From Chthoniobacteraceae bacterium (GTDB lineage Bacteria; Verrucomicrobiota; Verrucomicrobiia; Chthoniobacterales; Chthoniobacteraceae): a DNA stretch of 64,000 bases. Positions 52,301 to 59,985 of this stretch are shown here, in pieces. Both the position numbers and the translations under genes were made by a program. The stretch is from the NCBI GenBank assembly GCA_037190965.1, contig JBBCKI010000048.1, forward strand, positions 1 to 64,000. Reading direction: 5' to 3'. The notes under the pieces were generated by a model. The model did not search any database. It was not told where the DNA came from and saw only the letters and a list, made by a program, of their open reading frames with translations. How positions within the stretch are numbered: position 1 is the stretch's first letter; each line of letters starts with the position of its first letter.

Positions 52301-53075
52301 ACTTTTCGAGCAACAGCAGTTGGCCAAGACGGCGCTTAAAACTATCAGGGTCGAAGTTCCGTTCGACACGACCCCGGTGGCAAATGGAAACAATCCCCGT
52401 CTCCTCGCTCACGACGATGGTAATGGCATCGCTCTCTTCGGTGATCCCGAGTCCGGCACGATGCCGCAAGCCAAGGTTGCGATCCAGATCGTGGCGCTGG
52501 CTGATCGGGAAAACGCAGGCCGCCGCGAGCACGCGGTCGTTACGGATAATCACGCCGCCGTCGTGGAGGGGCGTTTTTGGATGGAAAAAAGTCACCAGCA
52601 ACTCCGGCGATAGCTCGGAATCGACCTTCACACCGGTCTCGGCCATCGGGTGCAGATTGGTGTCGCGCTCAAGGGCGATCAGCGCGCCGAACTGCCGGTT
52701 GGAGAGTTCGAAGGCGGTCTCCGTCAGGAGCTCGATGGTTTCCCGGTTCTGGGTGACCGTTGCAAAAACATGCTGGCTCCCGAGCGCCGCCAGCGCCCGC
52801 CGCAGTTCCGGCTGAAAGATCACGACAAGGGCGATGGCGAGAAAGGCGGTGAACGAACGGATCAACCAGTAAATGACCTCCAACTGAAGGAGTTGCGAAA
52901 TCAGCGTGAACGTCAGCAACAACCCGAGAAGCCCGGTCAGCACCTTGGCCCCGCGCGTGCCGCGGAAGTAAAGGTAGCTGTAGTAAATGACGACCGTCAG
53001 AATCGCGATCTCCAGCGGAGAGCGCCAGCTCTCCGCGATGAAGTCGAATACGCGGCTCAATCCGTCGGCAATCAT
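52188..53075 (-). CDS. cdaA: Diadenylate cyclase CdaA/DacA
   Basis: Three N-terminal TMs, VIFQPELRRAL, PLHDGG, GLRHRA, VVSEETG. Confidence 0.94.
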   Translation of the reverse strand: MIADGLSRVFDFIAESWRSPLEIAILTVVIYYSYLYFRGTRGAKVLTGLLGLLLTFTLISQLLQLEVIYWLIRSFTAFLAIALVVIFQPELRRALAALGSQHVFATVTQNRETIELLTETAFELSNRQFGALIALERDTNLHPMAETGVKVDSELSPELLVTFFHPKTPLHDGGVIIRNDRVLAAACVFPISQRHDLDRNLGLRHRAGLGITEESDAITIVVSEETGIVSICHRGRVERNFDPDSFKRRLGQLLLLEKYEESDSEQLGGEARLAADRDNPLVSHKKEHRYNVEEL

Positions 53076-53914
53076 GGTGAAAGAATCGCGTCGGCCACTC
53101 GAAGCGCCTCCACATTGGGTTTCACGTCATGAACCCGAAGCACCTGCGCCCCCAGTTCACGACCCAGGCTTGTCATCGCCACCGTGGGCCAGAGCCGCTG
53201 CTCAGGATCGCTGTTGTCGGTCAGCTTCCCAAGAAATGATTTCCGGGAAACTCCGAGGACGATGGGCCGTTCTGCCGCCCGCAAGTCTTCCAACCGCCGC
53301 AGCAGCATCAGATTGTGCGCCTGCGTTTTTCCAAAACCGATTCCCGGATCCAATGCGATGCACTCGGCAGCAATGCCCGCCCCGACTGCCCGCAAATACC
53401 TTTGCCTGAGGAACTCCCTTACCTCCGGGATCAGGTCGCCGTACCATGGACCATCCTGCATATTTTTAGGGGTACCCTTCATGTGCATCAGGACAATCCC
53501 AGCACCGCTCTCCGCAATAACCTTGAGCATCTCGGGATCGCGGAGCGCCGTGATGTCGTTGACGATCTCCGCACCCCGTTCCACGGCGGCGCGCGCCACG
53601 GCGGGCTTGTACGTGTCGATCGAGATGGCGGCTTTCAGGCGACCCTGGAGGAGTTCCAGAACCGGAATCACCCGGGCGAGTTCCTCCTCTTCCGACACGG
53701 GGTCCGAGCCGGGGCGGGTCGATTCCCCGCCAATGTCGATGATTTCCGCCCCCTCGGCCTCCATCTGCAAGGCATGTTCAACGGCCGCCTCAGGGGCCTT
53801 AGGGGAACCAAAACACCCCGCGTCAGAGAACGAATCGGGCGTCAGGTTGAGAATGCCCATGATCGCCCCGCGCGAGCGGAAGTCGAATTCGCGATTTTTG
53901 GTCTTCCAAATCAT
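53072..53914 (-). CDS. folP: Dihydropteroate synthase
   Basis: MGILNLTPDSFSD, DIGGESTRPG, DPGIGFGK, SRKSF, RVHDV. Confidence 0.96.
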   Translation of the reverse strand: MIWKTKNREFDFRSRGAIMGILNLTPDSFSDAGCFGSPKAPEAAVEHALQMEAEGAEIIDIGGESTRPGSDPVSEEEELARVIPVLELLQGRLKAAISIDTYKPAVARAAVERGAEIVNDITALRDPEMLKVIAESGAGIVLMHMKGTPKNMQDGPWYGDLIPEVREFLRQRYLRAVGAGIAAECIALDPGIGFGKTQAHNLMLLRRLEDLRAAERPIVLGVSRKSFLGKLTDNSDPEQRLWPTVAMTSLGRELGAQVLRVHDVKPNVEALRVADAILSP

Positions 53915-54049
53915 CGTTTCAAAGTTTCGAATTGAAGTCACGGTTCCCTGGCAGCCGCGCGAAAGGGGTCCGGTAGGTTTATTAAATTGAGGATCGAGGC
54001 GACTCAAGCGGCAACGGTCGTCTTTCCGTATCAAAACAGAACGAAGCTC

Positions 54050-55210
54050 ATGCACACAATCACCAATCAGCCTTCTTCTCACCGTAATTTTCCTCCATTT
54101 AGCCTGACGCGCCTCCTAAAAACAGTTTTTGCGCCAAAAGCCGGTGAACGGATCTGCATTTTGATCGATCTCGCCGATCCTCGGGACGTCAAGGACTTCG
54201 GCTTCCTCCGGAACCCTGCGCTGACCATCCAGCGCCATGCTTACGAGGATTTCTACCAGACCCTCAAAAACGGCGGCATGGCAGAGATGGGGCTCACCGG
54301 GGGCGACTTCTACGCCTACGAAATCACCGGCGGCAGCAATCTCGACCTGCCGGACGCAGCCTTTGCCCCGGATGGCCGGGAACTCTCCCTTGAGCGGGAC
54401 ATTTACCCGAACTACGATCTCATCCTCTGCATCTCCACCTATTCGGCCACCGCGCCGCTGACCGCTTTTGCGAAAAAGTACGGCTTCCGGGGGGCGACGC
54501 TCCACGGAGTCAACGCGATCATCCTCGGCTCCGGCCTCGCGGTCAATTACGACGAGGTGAGCCGCGACGCGGAGAAACTGCGCCTCGGGATGACCAAGGC
54601 CGACGCCGTGGAGATCGACTTTGACGTGGAAGGCCACCGCCACACCCTGCGCCTCGAACTCGCCGGGCAAGAGGCGCAGAAGAGCCACGGCCTCTGCCGG
54701 GGCGGCCCCGACGTTGCCAACCTCCCGGCGGGCGAAATCTACTACGTCCCCGCAGGCGCGGAGGGCGAGTTCCCGATGAAGTACGAAGACGGCACGCTCG
54801 GCCTGATGCGCGTCACCGGCGGGCGAATCGTGGAAGCCACGCTCATCAACGGCGACGCCAAAACCATCGAGGCACACAACGCCAAGCTGAAGAGCGACCC
54901 CGTGACCGGCGAACTCGGCGAGCTCGGTTTCGGCACGCAGGTCCTCCCCGTCTCAGGCCGCGACATTCAGGATGAAAAGGTGCTCGGCACGCTCCACGTC
55001 GCCACCGGCCGTAGCGATCATCTGGGAGGCAAACTGACGCCGGACCGTTTCGCCAACAAAATGAACGCCACCCACGACGACATCCTCTTCGCCCCGCACA
55101 AAACCCCCGAGGTCAACGTCACCCAGGCGCGGATGTTCAAAAACGGCGAAGTGAAGATCCTCATCGAGAACTTCGAACCTCGCTATATGCAGGAATTGCT
55201 GGAGGCGTAG
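54050..55210 (+). CDS. Probable M29-like (thermophilic metalloprotease) aminopeptidase
   Basis: NLPAGE, GELGFG, DEKVLGTLHVATG, H.D near the C-terminus. Confidence 0.65.
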   Translation: MHTITNQPSSHRNFPPFSLTRLLKTVFAPKAGERICILIDLADPRDVKDFGFLRNPALTIQRHAYEDFYQTLKNGGMAEMGLTGGDFYAYEITGGSNLDLPDAAFAPDGRELSLERDIYPNYDLILCISTYSATAPLTAFAKKYGFRGATLHGVNAIILGSGLAVNYDEVSRDAEKLRLGMTKADAVEIDFDVEGHRHTLRLELAGQEAQKSHGLCRGGPDVANLPAGEIYYVPAGAEGEFPMKYEDGTLGLMRVTGGRIVEATLINGDAKTIEAHNAKLKSDPVTGELGELGFGTQVLPVSGRDIQDEKVLGTLHVATGRSDHLGGKLTPDRFANKMNATHDDILFAPHKTPEVNVTQARMFKNGEVKILIENFEPRYMQELLEA

Positions 55211-55290
55211 AAATTCACGACTCTCGGATTAACGGCAGCCCAGCACCGTCCGCTGGCTGCCGAGGGGGGGGGGCCTTGGTGCGGCAGCAC

Positions 55291-55436
55291 GGTAGCCCGC
55301 TCGCGCCGTCGAGCGCGGGTATCGGCTCCCGTAGCTTCATGAGGGCCTCATCCCAACACCGATAACCCGTCCTGCGGGGATGGGCGTCAAACGCGGCTCT
55401 TCGCCGATCCCGCGCTCTCGGCGAGAGCGGGCTACC
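55291..55436. repeat. REPIN/MITE-like element family A
   Basis: GGTAGCCCGCTCGCGCCGTCGAGCGCGGG .. CCCGCGCTCTCGGCGAGAGCGGGCTACC, 146 bp. Confidence 0.85.
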
Positions 55437-56087
55437 CGTCCCCCAAATCGATTGCGTTTCCGTCACGCATCCGATCGGGCGAAGCTCTGGCCCTTTCCTT
55501 GGTGCTCGCCATCTCTACTGGATTTTCAAGGGATGTTCGCTTTCAGGACCTTCAGATTAGCAGGCCAACAGAATGGACTATTGCTTCACCTGAGCGTTCG
55601 AATGCGTAGGCAGCTCGGTCGCGGAAACACTGATGCTTCGCAGTGCAGATGGCACCATGTAGATTACTGCTCAAAAGTTACCCCAGCGAATTTTCAATCA
55701 GATAATGGAAGCAATGAAGAAGGAATTTGTCGAAATCGGCTTGGAAAGACGCAAAATGACAAGCTTACGGCATAGCTCGCTTTAATCAGTGGTTCCTTAG
55801 GCAATATTGCTGGCTACCCCTTCTCCATCTTTCAATTCCTCCGATTCCAATAACACTCCAGGGCTATTCAATTTCCAACATTACAGAGCTACTTCTCGCT
55901 TCTATTCACTTCAAAAACCGCGCGCAACTGCGTGGCAATCGCGAGGACGTTCCGCCAGCGCCCTCCCCTTTTGACCTTGACTATAGAGCGGGCAAAGTTG
56001 TGTAACGTACCCAGATTCATGGCGGAAGGAAGAAAGCCTCTTTCCACCAGGAAGGGAGCATCCCAAAAACGAAGGTTTGATAATAAT

Positions 56088-58151
56088 ATGAAAAGGAAGG
56101 CCAACAAAACGGATCGATGGAAACTACAGATGGGCGCGCAAGCAGTACGCCCCCCGCGAAGCACAAACTGGTTTAAGATGCTTCCGACTATCATCTTAAA
56201 CATTGCCGCTGCTTCATCGGCAATGGCGTCTGCTTGGACAGGTGAAGGCACAAACAGCTATTTCGACAATCCCGTCAACTGGAGCAGCGGCGTCCTGCCT
56301 TCAAGCAATGGTGCTAGCGCGGTGTTTGATCGGCTCGCGAGTGTGGAATTCCGAGCATCCGGCGGAGCCTCCTCCCTTTTCATAGGCCAGTCCACGAGTT
56401 TTCTTCTCCAGGGGCGGACATTTTCGACCTCCTCTACCTATATTAATCAGAAAGCATTTTTTACCATAGATGGCGGAATGGCCTCTCTGGGTGACGTCAG
56501 CCTATCCGGCGGAATTACGGCAAAAGGCGCCGGAACGATCGTGTCCGCAGGTTCCATCCAAGGTGAAGGCTCCGGCGTAAGTATCTTGCAATTCAGCAAT
56601 GGCGCTATTTTAAGCGCCGATTCTGTTTCCGGCGTAAAGTCCATCCAGTTTCTCTCCGGTGCCGTGGGCGACGTGGGAGGCCTTGGGCTTATGCAGGGGC
56701 AATCCCTGGTGGTAAGCGGGGCAGGAACAAGCCTTGGCGTTTCTTCTCTCTCCAACAATGGAGGCCAAGTTTCGCTTAGCGCCGGAGCGCAACTGAACTC
56801 GACTGGATACAACGCAATTGGAAACCTCTCGGTTTCCGGAGCTGGAAGCCAATTTATCGGCGAATGGTTGACCGATGCCAGATCGGTCTCCATTAGTGAT
56901 GGAGGCAGTCTTTCTGTCCTAGGTGTTGATTTCAGCTACGGTGGTCAACTTACTGTTTCCGGTCCGGGCAGCAGCCTTTCGAGCCGTCACCTTACCGGTT
57001 CGGTGGACATTAACATTTCCAATGGAGGCTCCATCACGGCAGTAGAAACTCAAAATCTGGGCAGCCTTTCGATTTCGGGTGGAAGTTCAAGCTACAAGAG
57101 TTCCAGTACAACCAGAATCAAGGATGTATTTTCCCTCCGTGATGGCGCCAGCATGTCGGTTCAGCAGTTAAATCTTTCGGGCGCCTCTTCCATCCAGAAT
57201 GCTGTTCTGATCGCCAATCAAATTGATAACTCAGGTGCCCTGGAGATCCGGGAAAGCAGCATCGCTCCTCGCGACAAGGGCGGCGCATTCACCAACTCCG
57301 GTTCCCTAACCGGAGATTTCGCCTCCGAATACCAGTTGAACAATTTCGGTCACGTATCCATCGAACGCGAGGATTCGATGGTGTTTCGAAGAGGCGGAAA
57401 CTATTCCATCGGCTATATCAACGTACGCGGTTCGATGGAGTTCCTTGAATATTTCACCAATGACGGCACGATTGTGCTTTCCGGGTCGCTCCGGGCCAAT
57501 GACTTGCTTACCAACCAGCGCACGATTGAAGTCAGCGGTACGGCCAGTATTGGGGGTGGAGATTTCTACAACAACACGTCGGGTTCGGTCGCCGTACTCG
57601 GGCAGTCCAGGGTGAATTTCCTGGATGACGTCGTGAACGATGGCACGATCGCAATCGCCCTTGATTCAACGGCCGTTTTCCATGGGAGTTATTCCGGCAA
57701 CGGTTCGATTACCGGTACGGGAACTTCGGTTTTGCTCGGCGATCTCCGCCCCGGCCATAGCCCCGGCAGTCAAACCTTCGAAGGCGATGTCGTTTTTGGA
57801 GATGATTTCAGCTACACCGTCGAAATTGGCGGGCTTACTCAGGGAAGCGAGTATGACGTCATCCACGTTGGCGGTCTTCTCACTCTGGATGGAACCCTCT
57901 CCATTTCGCTATTGAACGGCGTTTCCTTGAAACAAGGAGATACTTTCGAGATTCTAACCTTCGGAGCGATTGAGGGAGAGTTCGCCGCGTTTCAGGGCCT
58001 TACGTTTGAGGGCCTCTCTTTCGAAACCATCTGGGGCGCGAATAATTTGACGCTTATGGTGATTCCCGAGCCGAACGCGGCGACCCTGCTGCTCCCTGGC
58101 TTGGCTGGCGTCATCGCCTTCGGCTGGCGTCGTCGCTGGAAGCAATCTTAG
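56088..58151 (+). CDS. PEP-CTERM sorted Gly/Ser-rich surface protein (start uncertain; alternative 56178)
   Basis: Signal-like IILNIAAASSAMA, WTG..NW motif, LRPGHSPG, C-terminal VIPEPNAATLLLPGLAGVIAFGWRRR. Confidence 0.87.
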   Translation: MKRKANKTDRWKLQMGAQAVRPPRSTNWFKMLPTIILNIAAASSAMASAWTGEGTNSYFDNPVNWSSGVLPSSNGASAVFDRLASVEFRASGGASSLFIGQSTSFLLQGRTFSTSSTYINQKAFFTIDGGMASLGDVSLSGGITAKGAGTIVSAGSIQGEGSGVSILQFSNGAILSADSVSGVKSIQFLSGAVGDVGGLGLMQGQSLVVSGAGTSLGVSSLSNNGGQVSLSAGAQLNSTGYNAIGNLSVSGAGSQFIGEWLTDARSVSISDGGSLSVLGVDFSYGGQLTVSGPGSSLSSRHLTGSVDINISNGGSITAVETQNLGSLSISGGSSSYKSSSTTRIKDVFSLRDGASMSVQQLNLSGASSIQNAVLIANQIDNSGALEIRESSIAPRDKGGAFTNSGSLTGDFASEYQLNNFGHVSIEREDSMVFRRGGNYSIGYINVRGSMEFLEYFTNDGTIVLSGSLRANDLLTNQRTIEVSGTASIGGGDFYNNTSGSVAVLGQSRVNFLDDVVNDGTIAIALDSTAVFHGSYSGNGSITGTGTSVLLGDLRPGHSPGSQTFEGDVVFGDDFSYTVEIGGLTQGSEYDVIHVGGLLTLDGTLSISLLNGVSLKQGDTFEILTFGAIEGEFAAFQGLTFEGLSFETIWGANNLTLMVIPEPNAATLLLPGLAGVIAFGWRRRWKQS

Positions 58152-58189
58152 GGCAGAATCGAGTTCGCACGCAAGCGGGGTAGACTCTT

Positions 58190-58544
58190 CGGGCGTCGAC
58201 CCGATTGAACACACGTCCGGGCAAAGCCGGTGTTCCGTTCCATGCTGGAACGGGAAGAATCGGCGGTTTCCGGTCTTTACTCCAAACGCTTGTACCGGTA
58301 ATGTTTGGGTGTTCGGCAATAGTCGAATCGGGGTGTAAGAGCCCCGCCAAAGCGGTTCGGTATTGACCGGAACAATGCCGTCTTCTCGTCCTCAAAAAGG
58401 TCGGGGAGACGGCGACGCATGTCCAGGCTGTGGCCTCGCGCCACGGCTAAAGGTCGTCGTGGCTGTCTTTGGCGGTCTCTTAACTCCCCGACCACCTTGA
58501 GAAATCAAGGTGGTCGCTTTGTTAACCGCCCAGACGGACCGACC
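58190..58544 (+). ncRNA. Candidate large structured RNA of unknown class
   Basis: About nine helices tile the region, with G-U pairs on the + strand, a 12-bp GAAA-capped hairpin (58489-58516) and a TAGACT -10-like box at 58181-58186. Confidence 0.6.
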
Positions 58545-59219
58545 ATGAATGACGATCCCTTTATTCCCACCTCCGAAACCGTGACAGTTGCGCAGGGCTG
58601 TCAGGAAGAGATGCCCCTTGAAGCATTGTTCAGGATTTCGACCTGCTACGCGGGTATTGGCTCCAGAAACACCCCGCGTCCAGTCCTGATCCTTATGGGC
58701 GAGATTGCCATGATGCTGGCCGACTACGGCTTGATTCTTCGGAGCGGAGGAGCCCCCGGAGCAGACACCGCCTTTGAAAATGGGTGCGATCGGAGGGGCA
58801 GAAAGAAGGAAATCTTCCTTCCGTGGAAAAGGTTCAATAATCACCCGTCCCCTTTCTTCGATCCTCCTGAAGACGCCCGGATACTCGCCTCCTTTTGCCA
58901 TCCAAACTGGACGGCTTGCGGATCTACCGCTCGTAAGCTTCACGCCAGAAATTGCCAACAGGTGGTTGGTCTTCATCTGAACGACCCGGTGGATTTCGTC
59001 CTCTTGTGGGCTCCCGAAGAGAGCGGCCGGGTTAAAGGAGGCACGGCCACCGCCGTGAACCTCGCCCGACGAATGAAGATTCCGACCTTCAATTTGTGGG
59101 ATGAATCCACCTATGAACGGTGGAAGGAAATGATAGCCACCCATCAGAGACGCCAGGAACTCCTCTGGCGCCGCATTCTTTCGTGGTTGGGAAATAGGGA
59201 AGGCGAGGACCATGACTGA
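58545..59219 (+). CDS. Stand-alone DprA/Smf-like SLOG-fold protein (alternative start 58611)
   Basis: YAGIGSRNTP, LRSGGAPGADTAFE, IFLPW, LHARN, KGGTATA, IPTFNL. Confidence 0.8.
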   Translation: MNDDPFIPTSETVTVAQGCQEEMPLEALFRISTCYAGIGSRNTPRPVLILMGEIAMMLADYGLILRSGGAPGADTAFENGCDRRGRKKEIFLPWKRFNNHPSPFFDPPEDARILASFCHPNWTACGSTARKLHARNCQQVVGLHLNDPVDFVLLWAPEESGRVKGGTATAVNLARRMKIPTFNLWDESTYERWKEMIATHQRRQELLWRRILSWLGNREGEDHD

Positions 59220-59461
59220 TCCCTCACTCAAGCAGCATGGATCATGTCCTTGATCTCCGTTTAAAATACTGGTGTCCGAGTCCTCATTTTTTGGCGAACA
59301 CCAAGAATCAGGCACCGGCAATTGAACCAAAAGGTACTGAGATCGCCGCAAGATCGGCAAGATTGCCTGAAAGGGAGATATTGAACTCCGAAGTTCACTC
59401 AATTGTTGAATGGACTCGACCCCTCTCCAATACTCTGGGAACCCATCTCGCCTAAGGCACA

Positions 59462-59779
59462 ATGAAAGAATCTGATTAGAAGATTTTCAGCCGGGAGCTT
59501 TATCCGTCCGCGCGCACCCGGTATTCGCAAAAGACGCTTGATGATCTGGCAGCGCTCTCTGCGAATAGCGAAAAGGATCCTCACGAAAGATATCTCGATA
59601 TTTCCGAGCTAATCCGAAAGAGAAATAAGGAAATCGCCCAGATATTCGCCAGTCTCTCACGTTCGAGTGCCTTTTTGGGGTTTCAAATTTACTCCCGAAA
59701 CCTGATCACCGAAAATCAGTTGATGAAACTATCCCCGGAAACCCGCGCCAGTCTGCATTCACAAATTGAGAAAAGGTGA
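59462..59779 (+). pseudogene. Small helical hypothetical protein gene with in-frame TAG at codon 6
   Basis: MKESD*KIFSRELYP..HERYLDI..LSRSSA..LSPETR; otherwise open for 105 codons. Confidence 0.6.
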
Positions 59780-59800
59780 GCCTTCGGCTGCAAGGAGTGC

Positions 59801-59909
59801 GGCGTCGCGGAGCTCCGCCCTCCGTTGGGGGGTGTTGCCACATCGGAAGAACCTCTCGCCCTGCGCGCGCTTGCCGCGCGGGAGAGGGAGGGCGGAGTTC
59901 CACGACGCC
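59801..59909. repeat. REP doublet family C, copy 2
   Basis: GGCGTCGCGGAGCTCCGCCCTCC / GGAGGGCGGAGTTCCACGACGCC. Confidence 0.7.
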
Positions 59910-59985
59910 GCCTGTGGCCAAAGGCCCTTTACTTCTTCTTCTCAACCACTCGTGGTTGTGCCGCCTTTTCGAGGTTGAAAGGAAA

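Noticed and set aside
58181..58350. Group I intron (AGACT..ATAGTC) or RNase P (GTCCGGGC) identity for the structured RNA
   Set aside because: P7 partners are not in the expected spacing and no interrupted host gene is seen; RNase P GAGGAAAGTCC and 3' consensus are absent; no tmRNA tRNA-like ends. An Rfam scan is still needed
58419..58544. N-terminal extension of the SLOG ORF from ATG 58419
   Set aside because: Lies within strong RNA hairpins and is not protein-like; 58545 or 58611 is the more plausible start
59237..59455. 72-aa ORF downstream of the SLOG gene
   Set aside because: No motif or clear RBS; cannot be supported
58392..59462. 356-aa minus-strand ORF
   Set aside because: Antisense to the motif-bearing SLOG gene and to the structured region
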